Shown here: piece after piece, positions 38,190-47,693 of the stretch
How the letters are laid out: each line of letters begins with the position of its first letter
How positions within the stretch are numbered: the first letter of the stretch is position 1
Assembly (NCBI GenBank): GCA_017609385.1
Contig: JAFCEA010000001.1
Span: 1 to 48,242 of the forward strand
Length of the DNA: 48,242 bases
Origin: Candidatus Woesearchaeota archaeon
Lineage (GTDB): Archaea; Nanobdellota; Nanobdellia; Woesearchaeales; CG1-02-33-12
Direction: 5' to 3'
Position numbers and translations under genes: made by a program
Notes under the pieces: generated by a model
Told to the model about the DNA's origin: nothing
The model's input: only the letters and a program-made list of their open reading frames with translations
Databases searched by the model: none

Positions 38190-38259
38190 TAGGTTAGGAT
38201 TTAAAAGTTTCAGCTAATAAATATTTATTATATTATAAAGAAAAAAAGTAATTAAAAAA

Positions 38260-40038
38260 TCAATGTCTCTTTTTCTTTTCATAGATTAAGAAACCTATTA
38301 ATGCAAGAAGTGCTATTATCAAGACTATTATCATTGCTGTCTTTGGCTTTGCAGGAGGTATCTCTTCCTCTTCTGGTAGCACTTCTTCCTCTGGTGGTTC
38401 TTCTGGAACTTCCTCAGGCTCCTCTTCTGGAACTTCCTCTGGTTCTTCTTCTTCTTCAGCTTCAGCAGTAGTAGATTCATGGATGTGTTTTAGTGTCAGA
38501 TATGCCTTGCTGTTCTTTATCTCATCCAGTTTGATATACAAGTCATAGTAGCCGTCATTATCAAAGTCAAAACTCTTAGACTCAAGAAGCTTTAGTGTTA
38601 GTGTAACAGGCGTTGATGTAACCCTTAATATAGCATAATCAGTTCCTATTTCCACACCTTTTATTGTATGATAGGCTTTATCCAAAATAAAGGTTTTAAT
38701 ATAGCCTTTTCTCAGTATGATACTAGTTCCCTGTTCTGTAATTGAAGTAGAACTTACTGTACCTCCACCCCCACTAGTAGCAGCAGTAACTGCTGCTGTT
38801 CTTGTAACAATTAGTGAGATGGTAGCACTACTATGGCTAACATTATCATAAGCTATAACACTAAAGTAATTTTCGCTTGTTATAGGTAAATCAACTGTTA
38901 TGGTATATACTCCTGTTGCTGCAGTTAGTGTTGCATTAACCCCATTAACAGCTACATGAGATATGCCTGATCCATTATCAATTGCAGTTCCTGAGATGAT
39001 TGTAGTCGTTGCAGTAGTTGATGTTCCTTCAGAACTTGAAGCAGTAACTGTTGGTGCAACTGCATCACATTTTAGAACAAATTCAGATGAATTCTTTTTA
39101 TTGCCAGAATCATCTGTTACTTCTAATATTAAAAGGTATGTTGCATTATCCAATAATCCTGTTAAGGTTACATGAGTGCCTGCTTCTGTAACATTATCTG
39201 CAACTGTTGATACATTAATAGTATTATTTACATAAACAGCAATATCCAATGTATCATCTATTACATCAGAGCCATTGATTGCAATGGTGTCTGCTATCCA
39301 TGTATTATTTGCAGGGCTTGTTATATTAGAAAGGGTTGGTGCAGCATTATCTACTTTAAGGGTTATGATTTCTGTACTATTAATATTACCAGCAAAATCT
39401 GTTGCAGTAATCAGGAAAATGCAATTCCCGTCTGCTCCGCAAGAAAAGTTTGCAGTAGCATTTTCAGTATACCAAACTTCTGTAGAAGCAATCTGACTTA
39501 AGCTTGTTCCGTTTATTGTAACAGTGCTTACATTAGCAGTTGGGTCACTAACAGTAACACTAAAGTTTAATGATGTAGTGTTGGTTACATTATAATCAGA
39601 ATCATTAACTGCAAAATTAGTTACAAGTGGATTTGTATTATCAAAAGTTACACTAGTAATAGCAGTGGCATTAATCTCTGCACCGGTACTATTAATTGCA
39701 GTAGCATTAATATCATAAGTGCCATCAGAAATACTAGTAGTATTAAATGTGCAGTTAAATGCAGTTCCTGTTGTATCATTAACACATATTGAGTAACAAC
39801 TTGTGGCATTGCAGTAGTAGAATGTCACATTGTCTGCATTTCCTGTGGTTGCTGCACTAAATGTATAGTTTCCACTGATGTTTTCATTATTTGATGGATG
39901 ATTTATTGTCACATCAGTCAACTCATCAGCAGCAAGGGCAATCCAGACGCCCACTGCAACCAGAATAACCATCAGAGAAAGAAAAAGTGTTTTGTTTTTC
40001 ATAAATGCGGCTTTCTTAAAAAAATTGTCTTTTATCAT
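38260..40038 (-). CDS. Cell-surface (S-layer-like) glycoprotein candidate with Ig-like repeats, an acidic Pro/Glu linker and a C-terminal TM anchor
   Basis: Signal/TM segment at the N-terminus and roughly thirty N-x-S/T sequons by hand count. EEEEEPEEVPEEEPEEVPEEPPEEE linker, then a hydrophobic helix ending KKKRH. GAGGTG precedes the ATG. Confidence 0.75.
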   Translation of the reverse strand: MIKDNFFKKAAFMKNKTLFLSLMVILVAVGVWIALAADELTDVTINHPSNNENISGNYTFSAATTGNADNVTFYYCNATSCYSICVNDTTGTAFNCTFNTTSISDGTYDINATAINSTGAEINATAITSVTFDNTNPLVTNFAVNDSDYNVTNTTSLNFSVTVSDPTANVSTVTINGTSLSQIASTEVWYTENATANFSCGADGNCIFLITATDFAGNINSTEIITLKVDNAAPTLSNITSPANNTWIADTIAINGSDVIDDTLDIAVYVNNTINVSTVADNVTEAGTHVTLTGLLDNATYLLILEVTDDSGNKKNSSEFVLKCDAVAPTVTASSSEGTSTTATTTIISGTAIDNGSGISHVAVNGVNATLTAATGVYTITVDLPITSENYFSVIAYDNVSHSSATISLIVTRTAAVTAATSGGGGTVSSTSITEQGTSIILRKGYIKTFILDKAYHTIKGVEIGTDYAILRVTSTPVTLTLKLLESKSFDFDNDGYYDLYIKLDEIKNSKAYLTLKHIHESTTAEAEEEEEPEEVPEEEPEEVPEEPPEEEVLPEEEEIPPAKPKTAMIIVLIIALLALIGFLIYEKKKRH

Positions 40039-40253
40039 TAACTACACCTCAATTTTTTCTTCAAGTTTGCTTAAATTATAGGAAAGAATTCAGAAATTCT
40101 ATCCCCTCTTTTTTTTGATACTGTTTTTGATACCAATATGACTATTTATACTCTATATAATTTTTATAAACTTATATTTAAATGTTTTGTTTATTTTATA
40201 AACCTTTATTTAAATGTTTTGAAAAATAAAAAAAATTATGAAATCCTTTGTTT

Positions 40254-40661
40254 TCACTCGGATTTGACAGCTCCAGTATGTTTGCACCTGTAAATCTGTG
40301 CAAAGGAAGGAGTAACAACAATATAATCCTCACCAAATCCTGCAATGTCACCGTCAATTGCATCGCATGTTTTCTTAAGTTTGTTGATGGCCCTTTTAAG
40401 ATCAACCAAGTCCTTATCCTTCAATGGCTTTATGTTAATCAGGGCAATAGTATAACCCTCCCTCAATGAATCAAGAATTTCTTTTATGTCAGAAAAATCA
40501 TCAATAACAAATGGTCTTACAATAATATTTGCCTTAGACTCTCCGCCTTCTGTGTCAAGCTCAAGATATTCCTTTTCGCCCTCTGATAATAATTCTGCTT
40601 CTGTCTTTGAGCCAAATATTTTTTTAAAGCCTGATTTAACATCTGAAAGAATTTTTTTCAT
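40254..40661 (-). CDS. sepF: Cell division protein SepF homolog
   Basis: N-terminal amphipathic peptide (MKKILSDVKSGFKKIFG). The C-terminal domain IVRPFVIDDFSDIKEILDSLREGYTIALINIKPL...AINKLKKTCDAIDGDIAGFGEDYIVVTP matches SepF/DUF552. GGAGGG supports the ATG at 40661. Confidence 0.85.
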   Translation of the reverse strand: MKKILSDVKSGFKKIFGSKTEAELLSEGEKEYLELDTEGGESKANIIVRPFVIDDFSDIKEILDSLREGYTIALINIKPLKDKDLVDLKRAINKLKKTCDAIDGDIAGFGEDYIVVTPSFAQIYRCKHTGAVKSE

Positions 40662-40787
40662 CTTTTTGCCCTCCTTTTTATAAAAATCATACAGCATAAG
40701 TTAAATAACAAATATTTAAATGTTTCTATTATTACCGATGAAAAAATTAGAAAGGTTTTTAAAAAAGCAAAAAAGCAAAAATAATAT

Positions 40788-41555
40788 ATGATACCATACA
40801 TGCCGCATCCGGTTTTGATTGATTTGGGATTTCTGAAGATTTACAGCTGGGGCTTGATGGTTGCAATTGCATTTATTGTTGCAACAATCTTGGCAACAAA
40901 AGAAGCAAAAAGAAAGAAAATAGACCATGAAAAAATTTACAGTCTTGTTACCTATATTATAATAGGGGCAATCATTGGCTCAAGAATAGGTTATTTATTA
41001 TTTAACCCTAATAATCTTACAAACTTCTTAGATATATTTAGGTTCTGGGAAGGAGGCCTATCATTCCATGGCGGTTTTATAGGGGGGCTTTTATTTGGAT
41101 TTTTTTATGTTAAAAAAAACAAGCTGAAGTTTTGGGAGATTACAGATATAGTTGCTCCTTCGATTCCTCTCGCACAAGCAATTGGAAGAATTGGCTGTTT
41201 TTTAAGGGGCTGCTGTTATGGCATTGAAACAACACTGCCATGGGGCATTCAACATCTAGACCAAATAAGGCATCCAACACAGGTTTACTCAAGCATTGCA
41301 TTGTTTTTAATCTTTATTTTCCTTTCAAAGCAAAAATACAAAAAGAATTTCAACGGAGCTTTATTCCTAACCTATATTATAATATACAGTGTATTCAGGT
41401 TCTTTATAGAATTCATAAGAGCAGATCCGAGAATTCTTTTTGGCTTAACAGGAGCTCAAATTGTGAGCATTATTTTATTTGTAATATCCTTATCTTTATT
41501 TTTGAAATTCAGAAAGTTATTTAAAACAAAAAACATTAGTAAAAGAAAATGCTAA
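40788..41555 (+). CDS. lgt: Prolipoprotein diacylglyceryl transferase (bacterial Lgt family)
   Basis: Block-by-block match to E. coli Lgt recalled from memory: IYSWGLM (HWYGLM), GSRIGYLLF, FRFWEGGLSFHGGFIGG, DIVAPSIPLAQAIGRIGCF, RHPTQVYS and FRFFIEFIRADP. Confidence 0.9.
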   Translation: MIPYMPHPVLIDLGFLKIYSWGLMVAIAFIVATILATKEAKRKKIDHEKIYSLVTYIIIGAIIGSRIGYLLFNPNNLTNFLDIFRFWEGGLSFHGGFIGGLLFGFFYVKKNKLKFWEITDIVAPSIPLAQAIGRIGCFLRGCCYGIETTLPWGIQHLDQIRHPTQVYSSIALFLIFIFLSKQKYKKNFNGALFLTYIIIYSVFRFFIEFIRADPRILFGLTGAQIVSIILFVISLSLFLKFRKLFKTKNISKRKC

Positions 41556-42223
41556 AGACACCAATAATTATTGTGAACTTTAAGACATACAAAGAATCAA
41601 CAGGAGATAATGCCATAAAGCTTGCAGAGATATGCAATAAAATAGCAGAAGAAACAAAAACAAGCATTGCTGTTGCAGCCCAGAGCACTGATATTTACAG
41701 GATTGCAAAGATTGTTTCAATGCCAGTTTTGAGCCAACACATTGATGCAATAAGCTTTGGAAAAAACACTGGATTTTTGCTTCCAGAGTCTGTAAGGCAG
41801 GCAGGTGCAGAAGCAACATTGTTAAATCATTCTGAGCACAGGTTAGATTTTGATGTATTGAAAAGCTCAATTGAAAGGGCAAGGCAAGCTAGGCTAAAAA
41901 CAGTAGTTTGTGCAAAGAATGTTGAGGATGCAAAAAAAATTGCATCATTAAATCCTGATTTCATTGCGGTTGAGCCTCCAGAGCTTATCGGCAGCAATAT
42001 ATCTGTTTCAGAAGCAAAGCCAGAGGTAATAAGTGATGCTGTAAAAGCAATAAAATCCATTAACAATAAAATAAAAGTCCTTTGTGGAGCTGGAATACAC
42101 AACAAAGATGATGTTAAAAAATCTATTGAATTGGGAGCAGAGGGAATTCTGGTTGCCTCAGGAGTTGTTAAAGCAGAAAACCAGGAATCTGCCTTAAGAG
42201 ATTTAATAAATGGATTAAGTTAA
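41549..42223 (+). CDS. tpiA: Triosephosphate isomerase (archaeal short type)
   Basis: IIVNFKTY, LLNHSEHR, AVEPPELIG and GAGI...V: the archaeal TIM pattern in 224 aa. Confidence 0.9.
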   Translation: MLKTPIIIVNFKTYKESTGDNAIKLAEICNKIAEETKTSIAVAAQSTDIYRIAKIVSMPVLSQHIDAISFGKNTGFLLPESVRQAGAEATLLNHSEHRLDFDVLKSSIERARQARLKTVVCAKNVEDAKKIASLNPDFIAVEPPELIGSNISVSEAKPEVISDAVKAIKSINNKIKVLCGAGIHNKDDVKKSIELGAEGILVASGVVKAENQESALRDLINGLS

Positions 42224-42756
42224 GGAACCACAACATATAATTTCTGGGTTGTCCCATACCTGTTGTCAGAATCTTTCTCGCATGAAATTTTTTCATCACT
42301 GCAAATATAAACATTAAGGATGTATGTTCCTTTTTTTGTGCCTCCAGGAACCTGGACAGCTATTCCTACCTTCTTTTGTTCATTAGGTTCAATAGTTACC
42401 TCCTTTTTTAACACCCAATATTTTTTTCCTATTTGAGGTATTCCCTCAGAATCTGATTCTTCAACATCAACGTAAAAGTCCATCCTCTCATTATGGGTAT
42501 TCAAAATCCCGACTGTAAAAAATCCTACCTTGTTTGGCCTTAGCTCCCTCCTGCTGATTCCAAGGCATATTCTCTCTGAAGAATCACACATGATGTTCTC
42601 AAGATGATCATCAATATCCTTTATTGTTATCTTGCTGAGTTCATCAGCCTGATGCATAATGTCATAAGCAAACTTAATTCCAAAACCAAATACAACTATT
42701 GATATAATTAGAATTACAATAAAATTTATTGAGAGTTCAAATGCTTTCTTGTTCAT
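42220..42756 (-). CDS. Archaeal type IV pilin-like protein (class III signal peptide)
   Basis: The N-terminus MNKKA/FELSINFIVILIISIVVFGFG has a basic stretch, a small residue, then a hydrophobic helix. It is paralogous to 43593-44111. Confidence 0.65.
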   Translation of the reverse strand: MNKKAFELSINFIVILIISIVVFGFGIKFAYDIMHQADELSKITIKDIDDHLENIMCDSSERICLGISRRELRPNKVGFFTVGILNTHNERMDFYVDVEESDSEGIPQIGKKYWVLKKEVTIEPNEQKKVGIAVQVPGGTKKGTYILNVYICSDEKISCEKDSDNRYGTTQKLYVVVP

Positions 42757-42757
42757 T

Positions 42758-43567
42758 TTAGCCTGGATTTACAAAGAATATTTTAGAGCTGTATGATTTT
42801 GTGTAGGTATCCCTTTTTACCTTATTTTCATATATTGGATTTCCCTCGCTGTCATGCCCTATCCTTTCTTTTATGATGTAGGTATAACCAATAACCAAGC
42901 TCAGCCTTTTCTCTTCTTCAACATTTTGCATGCTATCTTCATTGATAGGTATTGACTCAATGAAAGAATCACCAACATATTTTAATGTTCCATCAAGCTC
43001 TTTTCCCCCAATCAGAAGTTCTTTCTCAACAAGCTTTAGCGATGTTATTGTAACTGGAAGCACTAAATCTTCATCTGTATCTTCAAGCTGAATCTTAACC
43101 TTAAATTTTGAACTGTCTATGTTAAATGGCTGGTCAAGAGATGATGTTATTCCAATCTTAAAATAGCTAAACTCCTTGTCATCTGTAAGGACAATCTTCC
43201 TTATCAAAGACTCATCTATGCTAAGGACACATTCATTATCCTTGCATTTATATTCAAGGTATTCTGTATCATAGGTTCTTGAGCCAATCTGTATTTTGCC
43301 TTTACCGCTGCATTTACCACAATCGTTTTCACATAAGCATTTGTTTTCATCTGCATTTGTTTCACATCTTTTATTTCCGCAGCAATTGCTTATAACATCT
43401 ATCTCACATTTATTGTTAACACAACTTATATCAAGACATTTACTAGAATAGTCCTTAAACTCTTCCCTGACCCTTGAATTACAGTCAGAACTAAGCTTAC
43501 ACTCCTTGCAGCCACTGGTCAATAACATAACAAAAATCAGTACTGCAATAATAAATTTAGTTCTCAT
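42758..43567 (-). CDS. Cys-rich putative lipoprotein (hypothetical)
   Basis: Signal peptide MRTKFIIAVLIFVMLLTSGC (lipobox-like) followed by a Cys-rich region. It sits between the two pilin-like genes. Confidence 0.6.
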   Translation of the reverse strand: MRTKFIIAVLIFVMLLTSGCKECKLSSDCNSRVREEFKDYSSKCLDISCVNNKCEIDVISNCCGNKRCETNADENKCLCENDCGKCSGKGKIQIGSRTYDTEYLEYKCKDNECVLSIDESLIRKIVLTDDKEFSYFKIGITSSLDQPFNIDSSKFKVKIQLEDTDEDLVLPVTITSLKLVEKELLIGGKELDGTLKYVGDSFIESIPINEDSMQNVEEEKRLSLVIGYTYIIKERIGHDSEGNPIYENKVKRDTYTKSYSSKIFFVNPG

Positions 43568-43592
43568 AAAAATCACTTATGATTTAAAATAA

Positions 43593-44111
43593 TTATTTTG
43601 TAACTGTTATATAAAATGTTTTTGAGGCATAATCTCCATCATCAATAAGTGCACTGCACATATATGTTGTGGCAACTGCATTTGGTGATACCTTAATGAC
43701 TGCTGGCAAGACCATTATCTCATCCCTTTCAAGCATCTTTGTTTCTCTAAAAACACTAAATGTAATATCATCTAAATTTGCATCCTCATCCATCTTGCTG
43801 TCGCACATAAATTCAATGTCAAAAGAAGCTTCATCCTCTTCCTCATTTCTTATTCCAAAATAAATCGTTTTTTCACCGCTTTTTTTGATTTCTATATTTT
43901 CCTCACGCAAGACAAGTCTTTCATCGCTGTCCCTAATCGTGTTAATCATATCATTTTCTATGTCCTTGCTTACCTCTCCAAGCTGGCCTATTGTTTGACT
44001 GAACATGCCTCTTATAAAGCCAAGGCCTATGCCGAGAACAGTTATAGCCAGAATCAGGATAACAATGGCATTAATAGAAATCTGTAACCCTGCTTTTTTA
44101 TTTGATCTCAT
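43593..44111 (-). CDS. Archaeal type IV pilin-like protein (class III signal peptide)
   Basis: MRSNKKAG/LQISINAIVILILAITVLGIGLGF. GAGGTG 6 nt upstream supports the ATG at 44111. Confidence 0.65.
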   Translation of the reverse strand: MRSNKKAGLQISINAIVILILAITVLGIGLGFIRGMFSQTIGQLGEVSKDIENDMINTIRDSDERLVLREENIEIKKSGEKTIYFGIRNEEEDEASFDIEFMCDSKMDEDANLDDITFSVFRETKMLERDEIMVLPAVIKVSPNAVATTYMCSALIDDGDYASKTFYITVTK

Positions 44112-44226
44112 TAAAATCACCTCTTTGGATAATGTATACTAATATAGCAATTATATATAAAACTTTCTATTATAACCAGAAACCTCTTTAGAAAGCTTTT
44201 TAAATTAACCATAATTCCCAAAAAAC

Positions 44227-44769
44227 ATGGCAAAACTAAGAAAATTTAGGTCTTACAGAAAAGTTGAAAGGCCTTACACAAGGACATCAAAATTCAGAAA
44301 GAAATCTTTTATTAGAGCAAGCCCTAACCTCAAAATAGTAAGGTTTGAGATGGGAGATCCTAAAAAGAATTTTGATTATACGATTGAGCTTATATCTAAA
44401 ACAGATTTGCAGATAAGGCATGATGCAATTGAATCAGCAAGGCAGACCAGCAATAGATTATTGGAAAAAGAGCTTGGAAAAATGGGTTATTTCATAAAGA
44501 TAATGATTTACCCATTCCATATACTTAGAGAAAATCCAGTTGCAAGCGGTGCAGGTGCAGATAGAATGTCAACAGGCATGAAGAAGTCATTTGGAAAGCC
44601 TATTGGAGCAGCTGCTCAGGTCAGGAAAGGGCAAAAGGTATGCATAGTTAGGGTTAATAAAGGGGGTCTTGAAACAGCAAAGACTGCATTGAAAAGGGTG
44701 TCAAAGAAAATACCAAACTCTTATTCTATTTTAGTTAAGGAAAACAAGCCTGTTACTATTTCTGGATAG
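44227..44769 (+). CDS. rpl10e: 50S ribosomal protein L10e (uL16)
   Basis: YRKVERPYTRTSKFRKKSFIRASP..., GADRMSTGMKKSFGKP: the typical archaeal L10e sequence. Confidence 0.92.
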   Translation: MAKLRKFRSYRKVERPYTRTSKFRKKSFIRASPNLKIVRFEMGDPKKNFDYTIELISKTDLQIRHDAIESARQTSNRLLEKELGKMGYFIKIMIYPFHILRENPVASGAGADRMSTGMKKSFGKPIGAAAQVRKGQKVCIVRVNKGGLETAKTALKRVSKKIPNSYSILVKENKPVTISG

Positions 44770-44809
44770 ACAGAAAGTTATAAATATAATCCCTATTTCA
44801 AAAAAAGAT

Positions 44810-45844
44810 ATGGAGTTAAATACTATAACAGAGATTTTCAAGAACCAGTATGTAGAAGCAGCATTAATCTTTCTTTTATTTGTAGTAATAGCAAAAACAG
44901 TTGCAATTGTTTTGAGAAAGTATTTAAAAAAAATAACAGAGAAAACAAAAACAAAGTTTGATGATGTGCTTTTGGAAAAAACAGAACCATTTTTAACATA
45001 CGTTATAGTATTAGTTGGTGTAAAGGTTTTACTGCTGCATATTGGGATCATGACATTATTATTATCAAGAATAATCAACTCTTTTATAACAATCTTGGCT
45101 GTATATTTTGCAATAATAATTATTGATATGTTCATTGACTTCTGGGGAATTAACTGGGCAAAGAAGACAAGATCAGGCATTGATGCCATGCTCCCATTAA
45201 TACACAAGTTCTCAAAGGTTGTTTTGATTATTGCTGGCTTGATGTTCATACTAGATATCTGGGACAAGGACATAACTGGATTTGTTGCTGGCCTGGGCAT
45301 AGCAGGCATTGTACTTGGATTTGCCCTTAAGGACAGCCTTGGAAACATATTTGGGGGCATATCAATAATACTTGACAGAACATACAAGGTAGGTGACAGG
45401 ATAAAGATTGACTCTGGCGAAAGCGGAATAGTTTATGACATCGGCCTTAGAAGCACAAAGATAAAAACATGGGATAATGATATTATTGTCATACCAAATG
45501 GTAAGATGGCTAATTCAAAAATACAGAACTATGTCCAGCCAAGCATTAGATCAAGAGCTGTTATTGAATTTGGTGTTGCATATGGCTCAGATGTTAAAAA
45601 GGTCAAGGATGTTGTAATAAAAACAATAAAAAAAGTGGAAAATGTTCTGGAAGACCCTGAACCTTCTGTTGTGTTTGTAAAGATGAATGATTTTTCTCTG
45701 GACTTTAAGGCAAAGTTCTGGGTCGCAAATATTTCCCAGAGATATGCTGCAAAAGAAAAGGCAACATGCATGATTTATGATGCTCTGAACAAGGCAAAGA
45801 TAAGCATACCTTTCCCAACAAGAACTGTTTATCTAAAGAAATAA
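44810..45844 (+). CDS. mscS: Small-conductance mechanosensitive channel (MscS family)
   Basis: Three to four TM helices, then GLGIAGIVLGFALKDSLGNIFGGISIILDRTYKVGDRIKI...IVIPNGKMANSKIQNY. Confidence 0.88.
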   Translation: MELNTITEIFKNQYVEAALIFLLFVVIAKTVAIVLRKYLKKITEKTKTKFDDVLLEKTEPFLTYVIVLVGVKVLLLHIGIMTLLLSRIINSFITILAVYFAIIIIDMFIDFWGINWAKKTRSGIDAMLPLIHKFSKVVLIIAGLMFILDIWDKDITGFVAGLGIAGIVLGFALKDSLGNIFGGISIILDRTYKVGDRIKIDSGESGIVYDIGLRSTKIKTWDNDIIVIPNGKMANSKIQNYVQPSIRSRAVIEFGVAYGSDVKKVKDVVIKTIKKVENVLEDPEPSVVFVKMNDFSLDFKAKFWVANISQRYAAKEKATCMIYDALNKAKISIPFPTRTVYLKK

Positions 45845-45895
45845 AACAATAGATTTAAATAATTGCTTTTCTAAGACAATAATTGGGTGGTTATT

Positions 45896-46069
45896 ATGAA
45901 TTTTAACAGCTATGGGAGGGTAGGTTATTACAAGCCAGATTACTTTTGTGGAATCTTGCCTAACGCTAATGAATTAAAGCATGAATTTAGTATGGGATCA
46001 AGACGCATTGATAAAAAACCAGTTAAAAAAGATAATATTGAGAGCAAACTAAATTATAAATTAAATTGA
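45896..46069 (+). CDS. Possible small protein (57 aa), hypothetical
   Basis: An ORF preceded by GGGTGG. No homology recognised. Confidence 0.3.
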   Translation: MNFNSYGRVGYYKPDYFCGILPNANELKHEFSMGSRRIDKKPVKKDNIESKLNYKLN

Positions 46070-46078
46070 GGTGATAAG

Positions 46079-47683
46079 ATGTTTTTCAGGAAAAAAAGAA
46101 ATCCCTTCTTAACAATCGGACTATTAACAGGAGTATTTTTAGGCTTGTTTTTAGGCAATATCTTATTTTGGATGATAATCGGAGGCCTTATCGGTTACCT
46201 GATGGAAAAAAAAGGTTTCTCCCCTAACAAAGGAAAGATAATTGATGTCAAAAAACCCTTTACAAAGATTGGCTCATTAATAACGATAGTTGTACTGATT
46301 TTTATTTTGTATTTTTTCAGGCCATGGTTTCATCCATTTATTATGGGCCTTTACACTCATCCAAGCATTATATTTATGATAATATTTGGATTATTTTCTG
46401 CATTTGCATTTATGAAAAAAAAGGATAATCTTGGTTATGGCTTGATGATTATTGCATTGATTTTCTTCATGGCATTTTCATTAAATGATGTTATTGTTGA
46501 GAGATATATTGTAAGTGAAACAGAATATCACATTATAAATGAGCTTCCTGACTCATCACAAGTCAGGATTGTTCCAGTTACTGTTGCCAGGAGATATGCA
46601 AAAGACAGCCTGCAGAAATCAAGGGAAAAGCTTGGAGATTTTGACATTGTTAATCTAAACAATAATCTTATCTGGACAACACCAAGGGTTCCTGATGGGA
46701 TAGTACTCTATTTTACACAGAAGGTTAAGGGCCTCATGACAGTAAATGCAGAGAAGAGCAGCAGGCAGACAAAGATGATTAATCAGGAGCTTAAAATTGG
46801 AGAGGATATTGGAATAACAGATAATATCTACTGGAAACTTTACAAAAAAACTTATTTTATAAATCTTGGAGAGATTTATTATATAATTGAAAGTAATGAG
46901 GTTTTAACAGTTGCTCCTGTAATTAAGTATAAGTTTAGGTTTCCTGTTATGATTCCATATTTTGACGGGGTTTATGTTGTAAATCCTGAGGCTGAAATAA
47001 AAAAATATTCACCAGATGAAATAGATTATATTGATTACCTAAAAAATAACAGGGCATATCCAGAATATCTTGCAAGATTGTATGTTGATTCATATAAATA
47101 TCATCTTGGTGTGTTAAATGCATGGTTTATGCACAAGGACCAGATAGAGATATCAGATGTTTATGGCCAGCAGAACAGGCAGCCATTCTTAATGCCAACT
47201 GTTGATGGTCTTAAATGGATCCTGGCAACAGAGCCATATGGCGAGAGCTATGGCGTGTTCAAGATATTTATTGTTGATGCAGTAACTGGCCAGATTGACA
47301 TGCTTGAGATGGATGAGGACAAGACATTAACCGGCCCAGTAAGGGTAGTAAGCTATGTAAAGAAGCAATTCCCAAGGATTGACTGGACAGAGGCAAGAAT
47401 TGTTGAGCCAAGGCCTTATGTTGTTAATGGAAAACTCTACTGGATGCTCTCAATAACACCAGCAGATTTTGCAGGAATCTCATACACTGTTTTTGTTGAT
47501 TCAGAGAACAATGATGTTCTTTCATTTGAGACAGATGAGGATGTGCTTAATTTTGTCAGCAAGGGAATAATCACTGCTGGAAATAAAACAATAACAGAGA
47601 TTCCAAGCAGGGATAAAGAAGAAATAATAAGAGAGATAGAGGAAAAGCTGGAAGAGCTTAAGGAATTAATAGAAGAGGGGTAA
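46079..47683 (+). CDS. Polytopic membrane protein with a large extracytoplasmic domain (hypothetical; faint resemblance to UPF0182/COG1615)
   Basis: About five N-terminal TM helices followed by a ~380-aa soluble domain. GAGGTGA precedes the ATG. The family guess rests only on the overall layout and a ...NGKLYWMLSITP... block. Confidence 0.6.
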   Translation: MFFRKKRNPFLTIGLLTGVFLGLFLGNILFWMIIGGLIGYLMEKKGFSPNKGKIIDVKKPFTKIGSLITIVVLIFILYFFRPWFHPFIMGLYTHPSIIFMIIFGLFSAFAFMKKKDNLGYGLMIIALIFFMAFSLNDVIVERYIVSETEYHIINELPDSSQVRIVPVTVARRYAKDSLQKSREKLGDFDIVNLNNNLIWTTPRVPDGIVLYFTQKVKGLMTVNAEKSSRQTKMINQELKIGEDIGITDNIYWKLYKKTYFINLGEIYYIIESNEVLTVAPVIKYKFRFPVMIPYFDGVYVVNPEAEIKKYSPDEIDYIDYLKNNRAYPEYLARLYVDSYKYHLGVLNAWFMHKDQIEISDVYGQQNRQPFLMPTVDGLKWILATEPYGESYGVFKIFIVDAVTGQIDMLEMDEDKTLTGPVRVVSYVKKQFPRIDWTEARIVEPRPYVVNGKLYWMLSITPADFAGISYTVFVDSENNDVLSFETDEDVLNFVSKGIITAGNKTITEIPSRDKEEIIREIEEKLEELKELIEEG

Positions 47684-47693
47684 TTAAGCAAAT

